Positions 1-10,856 of a stretch of 64,000 nucleotides of DNA are shown in pieces. The stretch lies in assembly GCA_951406725.2 (NCBI GenBank), contig OX597817.1, positions 174,158,001-174,222,000 on the forward strand, given 5' to 3'. Under the pieces are notes generated by a model, which saw nothing but the letters and a program-made list of their open reading frames with translations, was not told the origin of the DNA and ran no database searches. Position 1 is the first letter of the stretch, and each line of letters begins with the position of its first letter. Origin of the DNA: Octopus vulgaris (taxonomy: Eukaryota). Both the position numbers and the translations under genes were made by a program.

Positions 1-835
1 GAGAGAGAGAGTATTTAGGTATCTTGTCACTTAATATAAAAAACCCTCATTTCTAGAATTCTCTCTTTTATGCAACAAAAATGTGAAATTGAATCATTAA
101 AGAATGCTAGTAGCAGCAGCAGCAGCAGCCCACATGTTCTCCGCAACCCCCTCACATGTACACCCTTTTGCCTGTTTGTATTTTGCTCATATTCTTTTAT
201 CATCCTACTGGTCGGGTAGTTTCACAGCCACTTTCCATACGGTGCTCATTTTAATACTAATGTCACAGTAACCACGATCGTGTTATTGTAGTGCTGCTCC
301 TGCTGCTGCCGAGGATGACGTAACAGACATCAATATTCTCAGTCTCCCCCCCCTCATCTTTTTAACTGAAAAACCGATTTAATTTCATGTGTTTTACTAC
401 TTTTGTTGCTACCTTTATCTAACATACGTACATACCTCTGGTCTGCTGTCACTAAACTGATGTAAACTGTGTATGCGTTATTCTAACAGTGCAGTTATAC
501 AGCTTCGTATATGATTCAACACCCATCCCTGTATATTTCCATCTTTCACAAGCCTTCCAGCATAATATAAACATTTTCAGGCAATTTCTTGTGTTGCTAG
601 TTCCTACACTATCATGTTTTAGGAAGGTGGTGTAGGTGGTGGTGGTGGTGGTTGGTTCTCCACCACCACCACCTACACACACCTGTTGTAGTGTTGTAAT
701 TGGCTTCACAAGCTTTCGAAACACCTCAGTTCCAGCCAATGAGAAGAAGGCTGTTCTATATGGTTTCTTCAGCTGTTAGAAATAACTGGCAAAATCTCAT
801 TCAAATACTCCTCCTCCTCCTCCTCCTTGTCATTC

Positions 836-1114
836 CTCTTTTACTCTTTTCAGTCATTTGACTGCGGCCATGCTAGAGCACTGCTTTTTAGTCGAACAAA
901 TAATCGACTAAATAATTATTTAGTCAAATAAGCCCCCAGGACTTATTCTTTGTAAGCCTAGTACTTATTCTGTCAGTTTCTTTTGCCGAACTGCTAAGTT
1001 ATGGGGAAATAAATACACCAACATCGGTTGTCAAGCGATGGTGGGAGGACAAACAACACAGACATGCCAACACACACACACACACACACATATATGACAA
1101 GTGTCTTTCAGTTT
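836..1114 (-). mobile_element. tRNA-derived SINE family 'B', 5'-truncated (tail only)
   Basis: Reverse complement of the tail of the full copy at 24272-24716 (CAGCATGGCCGCAGTCAAATGACTGAAA..GAGTAAAAGAG). Confidence 0.8.
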
Positions 1115-2239
1115 CTTATAATAGTGAACTGTAATCATATTATGATGTCTACTTAATTAGATGAACTTAGTCTTTAAGTGTTGAGTGTGTTGGCCATAGG
1201 AGCAATGCAGTACCAACAGGAGGATCTGAATTGTTGATCTCTTCACTGTTTGTTAGGTATCTGTTGATCTCAACCAACCCTGCTCATTTTGTAAACTTGT
1301 GTAGCCATAGATAAAGAATAGTCCGTGGAAAGGAGTAAGGACCATAGCTTTTACAGACCTTCTTAAATTGGCAGATAGAGATGACATTGAGCTTAATTAG
1401 GTAATGTTCAGGTTGAGCTTTTGCATGTTACGTTTGCGGTTAGAAGGTCAGCCAGATCAGGGAGGGAACACGAGAAAGTTGCAGTTTGGGTAGTGTTTGT
1501 TGTATGCTGTGGGTGGTGAAGGGAGGGGTGGGAGGTGGACAGTATTTAGTGAATGAGTTCAATGGTATAGCAAATATTACAATCAAGGTACATAAGACAT
1601 TGAGGGCATGTCAGATGTTGCTGTGTGTTGGTATGTGAACAAACACACACACATGTAAATTACAGAAGCGAAATCAGTTTCTGATCTTTTTAATTGTTCT
1701 TGTTCCATGAAATTATTGCAATACTGCTGTTGGTATTTTACTATTGGTTTTGGAAGTAATAAAAATAGTAAGTGCTGACTTAATTTGTTTTTAGTTACTG
1801 AAAAATCAGTTTCATTTGAACTCTCATCTTTTTCAATACACCAGAGTAACCAATGCATTCAGAAATTGTATCTGCTGTAAGGTCAAGAAATTTGCTTCAC
1901 AACCATGTGGTTTCAGGTTCAATCCCTCTGCATGGCACTAGTTCTCATGTTTCTGATGAAATATACTGCTTCTGTTTCAGTTGGTTTTGGAAGTAATAAA
2001 AAATTTTATAAAAAATAATTTTGTTATTATTAAGCTGACATGTGGAATAAAAATTAACATGGAATTTCGATGGAAAGTTTTGATTTCGATCTCGTTAAAA
2101 TCAGGAAATTTGTCTCTAAGAACCAGAGGTAGTCTCAAGTGATTTTATATAAAAAAAGGTTAAACATCTTCTACCTTAACTTCAAATTGACCAATACTTT
2201 GTGAGTGGAGTTTGACAAAAGCCTATCTTTGTGTGTGTG

Positions 2240-2283
<44 letters not shown>

Positions 2284-2907
2284 TGCATATCATTCAGAGA
2301 TAGTTATAGACATGGGAGAAAGTGGAGTGAAAGCCCAGCACTTTTCAAATGAAGGTGCTTGGTATATTCCTCTTGTTGTGCTTTAGACACTTTCTTATCA
2401 ATGTCACTCACATAAATGCAGTTGTTGATCTTTGCAACATACATGCATGCATGCATGCATACATTGTGTGTGTATTTATAAAGAGAGATGCCAAAGGTAC
2501 TAAATGTGAGATTTCCATCAATTTATTTCTTTTCTCACATTGATATTTACTCAGATTTCTTTAGAATCTTGTAACATTTTAAATAATGCACCAGAGGTCA
2601 TCTTGGTCTGAAGAAATCTCCCACTAGATGCTGTTAAATACAGTTTTGTTGATTCTTGTTGGCAAAGACTTTAGCAGTTTTATAATTCTCAGCAAGAGAG
2701 AAAACGTAAAAGGGTGGGTTTGCAGTAAAAGAAGTAATTTTGTTTCATTTTGATCCAAAATGGCAGAAAAGTTTTTTCTTTCTTTTTTAAAACCAAGACT
2801 CAGTATTTTGTTGAAGCATAATTTTTTAAAGGATCTCATAATTTTCAATAATGTAGTGAATTGTTTCGCAAACATCAAGTTTTCATATGATCTATACATA
2901 ATTCCAG

Positions 2908-2949
2908 TTTTTGTGGCATTAAACAAATGAGATACAAATCTATTTCAGA
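2908..2949 (+). CDS. Candidate small internal exon (FCGIKQMRYKSIS), phase 2/2
   Basis: ttccAG acceptor, strong GTAAGT donor, only one open frame. Its phase conflicts with the simplest downstream chain. Confidence 0.3.
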
Positions 2950-3137
2950 GTAAGTTACCTATCTGTCATAAGTACCTTCTTTCCCCAGATGTACCTATTC
3001 CTCAATAGAATTGAGCTCATAATTTCTCAGTTGACTGACAAAAAAACAAAAAAAAAAAAACCCAGGGTTATCCAAAAGTCACAAAGTATAAAATTACAGT
3101 TGGTACAACTGCTGAAACCACTAGATTATTTCCACAG

Positions 3138-3198
3138 GTTGCAATATGCAGGATGGACCTAAAGCTTTCTGGTTTTAAGTCCATCCTGCGTGTGTGAT
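3138..3198 (+). ncRNA. Pre-miRNA-like hairpin candidate
   Basis: GCAGGATGGACCTAAAGC pairs with GTTTTAAGTCCATCCTGC (one mismatch, one G-U); the stem extends outward through several G-U pairs. Not part of a recognisable repeat. Confidence 0.35.
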
Positions 3199-3449
3199 AA
3201 TGTGTATGCAGTCAGACATTTGGAAAGGTATACGGAAGCATTATGCCTTCATCAGCAGACCTGTTATAGGAGTGAGTTACCATTTATATATTTTGTGGTA
3301 CAGAAACTGGGGACTGATGGAAATAGTCCAAACATCAAGCATACAAATACACTTGATTTGTTTTGCAAAATACCTTACAAAATGCTTGAATTATTATTAT
3401 ATATATAGCTTGACTGCTAGCTCCAAAAATTTGTTTTATTTCCTCGTGT

Positions 3450-3488
3450 TCTTTTCTGTTGAAGAGCGTAGGCTCGAAACGTAAAAGA
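3450..3488 (+). ncRNA. Degenerate minimal type I hammerhead motif in a Penelope-like remnant between (TA)n tracts
   Basis: tctttt-CTGTTGA-a-GAGC gtag GCTC-GAAA-cg-TA-aaaga; the core has U at position 6 instead of A. Confidence 0.45.
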
Positions 3489-3554
3489 CTTTCTCACCTT
3501 CCCGAGCATTTGTTGATTATACCTGTCTTTGTCTTTTGTTTTTCTGTAGATTTC

Positions 3555-3596
<42 letters not shown>

Positions 3597-3628
3597 ATCA
3601 AAATAGTTTGATTCAAATTCGTTGGTAC

Positions 3629-3697
<69 letters not shown>

Positions 3698-3726
3698 AAC
3701 AACACCCACACATATATATATTGGTT

Positions 3727-4026
3727 ACAATGATGAGGGTTCCAGCTGATCTGATCAATGGAACAGCCTTCTGAAATTAACATGCAAGTGGCTGAGCATT
3801 CCATAGGCATGCATACTCTTAACTTAGTCCTCAGGGAGATTCAGCATAAAACAGAGTGTGACATGGCTGGCCCTTTGAAATACAGATACTACTCATTTTT
3901 GCCAATTGAGTGGACTGGAGCATCGTGAAATAAAGTGTCCTGTTCAAGGGCATAACACTTCTGGGAATTGAATGCACAACCTTGTGACTACGATCCAAAT
4001 ACCTTAACCACTAGGCCATATGCCTT
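3727..4026 (-). mobile_element. tRNA-derived SINE family 'E'
   Basis: tRNA-like head on minus near 3960-4026; body shared with the copy at 27750-28285. Confidence 0.75.
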
Positions 4027-4323
4027 CACTTATATACAGCAATAAAAGGGGCAAGTAAAGTGCAACACATGACCAGAAATTGGGCTCCCTAGTAGGATCC
4101 ACACTTCAGTCCAGAATCCAGTGTAATATGATGCAATGCATCAACCTCGGGATAGGCTGACGTGTGGAATACAAACTAAATGATAGTAATATGAAGAAAA
4201 CAGGGATGGTATTGGTATTCAATGCATTATCAGACGCATTTACATTTCATCAAAGTGCTCAAGTAATTACTTAACAGTTGTAGAAACATTTTGCAATCAT
4301 GCACTTCATTTCATCAATATCCC

Positions 4324-4590
4324 ACAGGAAGCTCCCATGACTTTCGGAAACATTTTTTCACGCTAAGAGTTGCTGAAGCATGGAACAAACTGCCGGCATC
4401 AGTTGTTAGTTGTCGGAGCACTGCATCCTTCCAAACTTCCATGCTTCCTGAGATTCGCCAACACTACACTTGATTTTCTCCCCTCCATACACACACAAGC
4501 ATGTATCTGACTCATACACTGTTCACTTTTCAGACATTTGTACATTACTGCATATGCTCTATATGCACTTTTGACAAGTTGTGGTGCAAC
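4324..4590 (+). mobile_element. CR1-clade LINE 3' fragment
   Basis: Translates HDFRKHFFTLRVAEAWNKLPASVV, typical of the CR1 ORF2 C-terminus; second copy on minus at about 57830-58030. Confidence 0.8.
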
Positions 4591-4743
4591 AACCAGTGTT
4601 AAAGCTCCAAATATACACCTTTATTCCCCATATGCAGATTACCAACAATCTTGCATCTCATGTAAAATAGCAAGGGACAGAAAATGCATCATATCAAGGG
4701 TGTTCGGACAATACCACTCCCCTCTCAAATTCAAGAATATGCA

Positions 4744-4787
<44 letters not shown>

Positions 4788-4898
4788 GAGAGAGAGAGAG
4801 AGAAAGGTAAAAGTGAAAGGAGGAAGAATACTGATCAAACTGATAGCTTTAATGTCAATCATTGTATTTACTGTGGGACACTGATGAGGTGAAGTGTA

Positions 4899-5136
4899 TC
4901 ATCATCATCATCATTGTTTAATGTCCACTTTCCATGTTAGCATGGGTTGGATGATTCTGACTGAGGGCTGGCGAACCAGATGGCTGCACCAGGCTCCAAT
5001 CTTTATCTGGCACAGTTTCTACAGCTGGCTGCCCTTCCTAACACCAACCACTCCGATAGTGTAGTGAGTGCTTTTTACGTGCCAATGGCACGGGGCCAGT
5101 CAGGCGGTACTGGCAATGACCTCACTCGAATCTTTT
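4899..5136 (-). mobile_element. RTE LINE 3' tail fragment
   Basis: Matches the 3' end of the full RTE (40857-41060), including the (GAT)n tail. Confidence 0.85.
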
Positions 5137-5316
5137 TGTGTGATTGCAATAATGTTCCTACAGCTGTTATGTAATTATTTTGCTGAAATGGATGTCCTAT
5201 AAATGCATTGAATGCCCATACCTGATTTCTGGTCGCATGCTGTTATTATTTGTACACACACACATTGGTTATTCAAAAAAACACTTTGCAAAAATATATT
5301 TTCTTCCTTTCTGTAG

Positions 5317-5385
5317 AATTTACAATATTTGGAATGTCTTTGTCCAGGTTGTAATCTCTCTTTTGCTTACAAAGAAAAAAGAAAA
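5317..5385 (+). CDS. Candidate internal exon of the upstream gene (phase 0: NLQYLECLCPGCNLSFAYKEKRK)
   Basis: Polypyrimidine tract + ctgtAG acceptor, GTATGA donor, 69 nt; phase 0 joins the exon at 8030 in frame. Confidence 0.5.
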
Positions 5386-6059
5386 GTATGAGCTGTTTGG
5401 TTTGGACTTTTTAAAATGTTTAACAGCATATTTCTCTAAAAAAAATATGTTGTTTTTTAAAATTTATTCAATTCTGGTCACATAAACTTTAAAAAAAAAA
5501 AAAAAGAGGTATAGAAACTTTTAACATCCAAGTAATATTTCTAGGGTAAATTGTTGGGAATCAATTTCAATGTGTTCCCTAGTTTGTTTGTTGATTTGAT
5601 AGTGGGATATCACTATAAGATTTGATTTTATCATAGTAAGAAGTGATTAAATAAATTTGTTATGAAGTTAATTAGCCTGAACTGTTTTCTGCTTAATTAA
5701 CATTCTCTTCACAATGTTATATTTTTCAATCTGAAAGATTAGTTTGTTGTTTAGCCCTAGGTCTGTCCCAATTGAGTTGATCTAATTAATGATTGAAAAG
5801 TGTTCTGTCTCTACTCATCATGTCATATTTTCAGATATAGCAATATATCTGGAATGACATTATCCCATGTGTCATACCTTGCCTAAAACAGCAGGATATG
5901 ATTTGACACATTTTGCTGCTGTTTCTAGTAAACTGAGCAACCACTTAGAAGCCAGTATTCTCTTCCTTTCTTTGGTTCATTGAATCTATGGTTTTTATCT
6001 TTTAGAGAGAGATGCTGCCAAACCAGGTCTGCTAAATGAATGCATAATTTTGGTTTCTA

Positions 6060-7630
6060 GGTGCAGGTTTGGTAAGAAGGTTGCTTCCCAGCCACACGGT
6101 TCCAGGTTCAGTCCCACTGCATGGCACTTTGGGCAAATGTCTTTTACTATAGTCTAGGGCCTACTAAAGCCTTGTGAGTGGATTTTGTAGACAGAAACTG
6201 AAAGAATCCTGTCGTGTGTGTGTATATACACACACACATACATACATACATATCATCATTGTCATTTAACGTCTGCTTTCCATGGTGGCATGGGTTGAAT
6301 GGTTTTGATTGAGAACTGGCAAGCTGGGAGGCTGTACCAGGCTCCAATCTAATTTGGTAATGTTTCTACAGTTGGATGCCCTTCCTAACGCCAACCACTC
6401 TGAGAGTGTAGTGGGTGGTTTTTATGTGCCACTAGAATGGGGGCCAGTCAGGCAGCACTGGCATCAGCTGTGCTCGAATGGTGCTTTTTTACATGCCACT
6501 GGCACAGGTGCCAGTCAGGTTGTACAAGCATCAGTCACACTTGAATGGTGCTTTTTACATGCCACCAGCACGGGTACTAGTCAGGCGGTACTGGCATCAG
6601 CCATGCTTGAATGGTGCTTTCTACGTGCCACCAGCACAGGTGCCAGTCAAGTGGCACTGGCATTGACCATGGCTATGATTTCACTCAGTGCAACAGGCCT
6701 TCACAAGAAACATCATATTGCCCAATGATTGAAGGGTGCTTTTAAATGGGCCAGTTTTGTGACACTGGCATTGGCCACGACTACAGTCTCACTTGGCTTG
6801 CCAGGTCTTCTCAAGCATGACATATCTCCAAAGGTCTCCGTCACTTGTCATTGCCTCGGTGAAGCCCAATGTTCAAAGGTCATGTGTCACCAATTCATCC
6901 TATGTCTTCCTGAGTCTACCCCTTCCACAGGTTCCCTCTACTATTAGGGTGTGACAGTTCTTTACACAGCTGTCCTCATCCATATGCAACACAGCACAAG
7001 TTGTCTCTTGCATACCACATTTGATGCTTCTTATGCCCAACTTTTCTCTCAGGGCGTTTATAGTCTGTCGTGTATGCACACTGACATTGCACATCTATTG
7101 GAGCATACTAGCTTCATTTATTTCAAGCCTATGCGTGTCCTCAGCAGTCACAGCCCATGTTTCACTGCCATGTAGCATGGCTGTTCGTACACAGGTATCA
7201 TACAGTCTACCTTTCACTTTGAGGGAGAGGCCCTTTGTTACCAGCAGAAGTAGGAGCCCTCTCAACTTTGCCCAGGCTATTCTTATTCTAGCAGCTACGC
7301 TCTCAGAGCATCCACTCCCGCTACTAACTTGGTCACCTAGGTAACGGAAGCTATCAACTACTACTAGTTTTTCCCCTTGGCATGTGATGGAATCTGTTTT
7401 CTTCACATATTTGGTGTTTATTGCACCTCTGCATGCATATGTGTGTATGTATTTGTGTCTTTGTCCCCCACCATTACTTGACAACCATTATTGGTGTGTT
7501 TACATCCCCATAACTTAGTAGTTTGGCAAAAGAGACTGATAGAATAAGTACTGGGGGGTCAATTCATTCAACTAAAATTCTTCAGGGTGGTGTCCCTGCA
7601 TGGCTGTAGTCACATGACTGAAAACAAGTA
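6060..7630 (+). mobile_element. SINE family 'B' split by an inserted 5'-truncated RTE
   Basis: Head at 6060-6248 and tail at 7440-7630 flank the RTE fragment. Confidence 0.7.
6250..7432 (-). mobile_element. 5'-truncated, degenerate RTE LINE with 66-bp 3' UTR repeats
   Basis: ORFs 7095-7484 and 6900-7094 match the C-terminus of the RTE ORF at 41105-44374 (VVDSFRYLGDQVSSG, GRGRLRKT). Confidence 0.9.
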
Positions 7631-8029
7631 TTTAAAAAAAAGAAACCAAGCAACATATCCAATGAACCAATGAGAGTAGGTGGAGGGCGGCTTCCAAGTT
7701 GCTGCTCAGTTTACTAGAAATAGCAGCAAAATCCCTATCAAATCATACCCTGCTGTCTTAAACAAGGTATGGCACATTGGATAATGTAGTTCAAGATATA
7801 CTACTATATCTGAAAATATGACATAATGAGTACAGATGGAACACTTTTTGACCATTAATGAGATCAGCATAGTCCTTGGGCTAAACAACAACAGGCTAAT
7901 CTTTCACATGTGTGTATGTGTGTGTGTGTGTGGGGGGGAGTAATAATCTCAAAAGTATGTATCTACTTAGGGCCTGTTTTTAATTTATGTTAAATTGGTA
8001 ACTAATTGGTTAATTTTTTTTCTTTTTAG

Positions 8030-8084
8030 CTCCTGACTACTTTTGATGATCCTAAAGATGAGGATAAAACAGAGAAAGCAAAAG
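8030..8084 (+). CDS. Penultimate coding exon (LLTTFDDPKDEDKTEKAK), unidentified gene
   Basis: Long T tract + AG, only phase 0 open, ends in phase 1 at AAG|GT, which matches the phase-1 start of the exon at 9769. Confidence 0.65.
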
Positions 8085-8692
8085 GTTTTCATTAGTTTAT
8101 ATATTTGTAGTTATTTTTTAGTAAAAAAAAAAAAAAGTCTTTGATAATTTGTTACCTAAATTAAATACTATTTTATCTCTGCTTAGGGTGTCTTGGACAA
8201 GAAAGGTCAAGTTTGAGTTCAATATTTGCCAGTTAGACTGCAAAATATATCTGCGATTTCATAATGCCTATTTACAGTTAGGTGGACTAAGTCATTGAAC
8301 TTTTTAGTATTTCCAGAAATGTAGTGGTTGTCATGTGTTAGGCTGTCACCTTGTTAATTCCCAGATTCCCAACGTACCACTTAGCAATTACTAGATTTAT
8401 TTTTTAGATATTCTTCAATAGAGGCATGGTTAAATTTTAAAAATCTGATTTTACCTTTTCAGAACTAGAAAACAATTCACTCCTAAGCAGATTTTAACTC
8501 TACACAAAGCACAAATACTCCTTACACCAGAATCTCTCTCATATATCTTTGATTGTAAGTGTATTCATCATACGCATGTATATTCTTGACTGTATTCTAA
8601 AAAAGTCTTTGCCCATCCTTTCTCCTCTCTAGTTACTTCTCAGGTATATTTTATCTGTCCAAACTGTGAATAACGATACTCAACTGTCTTAA

Positions 8693-8914
8693 CCCTTTAG
8701 CATTTAAACCAGTATAAGATCAATCCAAAATATTCTGCCTGTTTTACATTAAAACTAGCCAGAACTGACCTGTCACACCTACCCTACAATGTCATTCGCA
8801 AAATAAATGATCACATCATCGAAATCTCAAAGCTACGAGATAATGCATGATTAATTCAAAACAACGTGAATAAATATGTATTAGATTTGACTGAATAATC
8901 CGAATGCTAAAAGG
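8693..8914. mobile_element. piggyBac-type MITE
   Basis: TTAA on both flanks; TIR CCCTTTAGCATT / AATGCTAAAAGG; related copies at 38011-38741 and about 63440-63940. Confidence 0.75.
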
Positions 8915-9365
8915 TTAAGATTAAATCTTATCATTTCCACATTATCATAGGCTTAACAAACTAAGTAGATTTCTAATTTAATAATGAGAAATTAAAAAGA
9001 CTATCAAGTTTCTAATATTTATTTAGAAGCATTCAATTCAATTTGGTTGCTTCCTTTCCCAACCAGTTCAAGGGTGATATTTACATTCAACTAATTATTT
9101 TTGGTATTTCAGAACTAAAATATGATAACAATAGAAATTCTAACTTGAGATTACTCTCCTTAATTATTTATTATTACTTATTGCCTTAACTTTTCTTTCT
9201 CTCCTTTAAAAGTTAATTTTTTTTTGTTAGAGAATTACTATTAAATCAAAAGTTTTGACAGATTTTTAGCTTCATTGCTATCATCTGTACTTTTTCATAT
9301 GAGAATTTCTACTCGGAGCCACACTTTTGCCATTGACCAGCATACTTTGCATTCATGCTGATTAA

Positions 9366-9572
9366 CCCTTTCGTTACTGTATTTATTTTGAGATGCTCTG
9401 TGTTTCTTTCAGTTATTTTAAATATAACAAAGAATTTAGTAAAATAACTTAGTTATCATTCAGCATAAATTGTGACTAAGATTTGGTGGAAGGTTTTAAT
9501 TCAAAACTTATGAAAACAAGACATTTGTACTCAGAGCCTGAGCCGGTTTCAGCCGGGTTGGTAACGAAAGGG
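9366..9572. mobile_element. piggyBac-type MITE
   Basis: TTAA TSD; perfect 12-bp TIR CCCTTTCGTTAC / GTAACGAAAGGG; degenerate relatives near 1950-2160, 15515-15705 and 23570-24065. Confidence 0.85.
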
Positions 9573-9768
9573 TTAAATGATGCTTGTAAATTTATGCTAG
9601 TGAGATCTAATCTACATAATCAGATGCAATGAATCTTTGTAAACGGACTCTTTACTAATCACATCAGCAATGCTTTTGTTGCTCAGTTCCATGTCCCATG
9701 TTATTTGTATGTAACATTTGCTACTCTGCTGTGACTTCTGCTAAATCCATTGTCTATTTATATTTCAG

Positions 9769-9980
9769 GTAATGAACTGATTGCATATCCACAAGAAGAT
9801 CTCTCCTCTTGGCTGGTCGATTCTCCATCTGCTAGCAGTGAATTAAATGATGATATAGACAGCACAATTGATGCGACCTCCTTAGATACTCCTGATTGCA
9901 ATTTTGACAAAGATTTGGACTTTCCATCCTCTTCAGGCAAGAGAAAAAGTAAACGACCAATGCGAATTATTTTGTCATAA
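9769..9980 (+). CDS. Terminal coding exon, acidic Ser/Asp-rich C-terminus ending KRKSKRPMRIILS*
   Basis: tatttcAG acceptor, non-repetitive open frame to TAA, followed by repeat-poor UTR-like sequence. Confidence 0.7.
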
Positions 9981-10581
9981 CCAGGAATGTACGTTTTTGG
10001 GAAGTCTTTAGGTCTGGTGGAAGGAAACAAGAAGAAAGGAACCTTTTTTCTCTAGCGTCCACTCTGTAACCAAACAGTTGTCGGTAAAGATAAAGAAACA
10101 AATGCTAACCAATGTAACTGGGTTTGCTGACTAGAAGAAAGCTGATGGCATAAATTATATAGGCTGGAATTTATAATCCCCACCAGAAAAGAGAACTTTA
10201 GATGTGCTCATTAGCTTCTCCTCTGCACCCTCATAAAAGACACATTTTCTGTCTGTCTACTTAAAAACCTCCAAATCTGCATTGGAGAAGATTGGCATTA
10301 GGTTTACTTTACTACTAATGTATGTATGTATCATATCAGTAGGCCTACTAATTCCTGCCTTCAGTAATCACTGAGGTGCATCTTCTGCATTTACTGGAGT
10401 TACTTGCCATCAAATGCAATATATATATACATATACAAGAAAAGAAAAAAAAAAAAAGATATCAGACCTTTTTTTTATATTATTATTACTTTTCTTTCTG
10501 CCCAGCACATTTGCACAAGGAGTAAAGAATTAAGGATACAAAAGACAGACAGTTAGGAACTATTATTTTGGTTTCTTGAAG

Positions 10582-10627
<46 letters not shown>

Positions 10628-10815
10628 TTTCTCCTCTTTACAAAATGTATTTTGGCATTGAGAACAGCTTTCTGAAAGATGCTTACCACTCTATTAACCA
10701 TCCTGGCACTCTTCCAATGTCACTATATTGCTGTAGCATTTATATTTTGGATGTTCTGCCCCCTCCCCCCTTTTTAAAAAAAAAAGATTTAAACGCTTTT
10801 GCGTTTATATTATTA

Positions 10816-10856
<41 letters not shown>

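Noticed and set aside
3138-3228. Exon suggested by ccacAG ... AAG|GTATAC
   Set aside because: All three frames contain stops.
3417-3810. YIYIYI / THTHTH / RERERE ORFs here and throughout
   Set aside because: Translations of (TA)n, (CA)n and (GA)n microsatellites.
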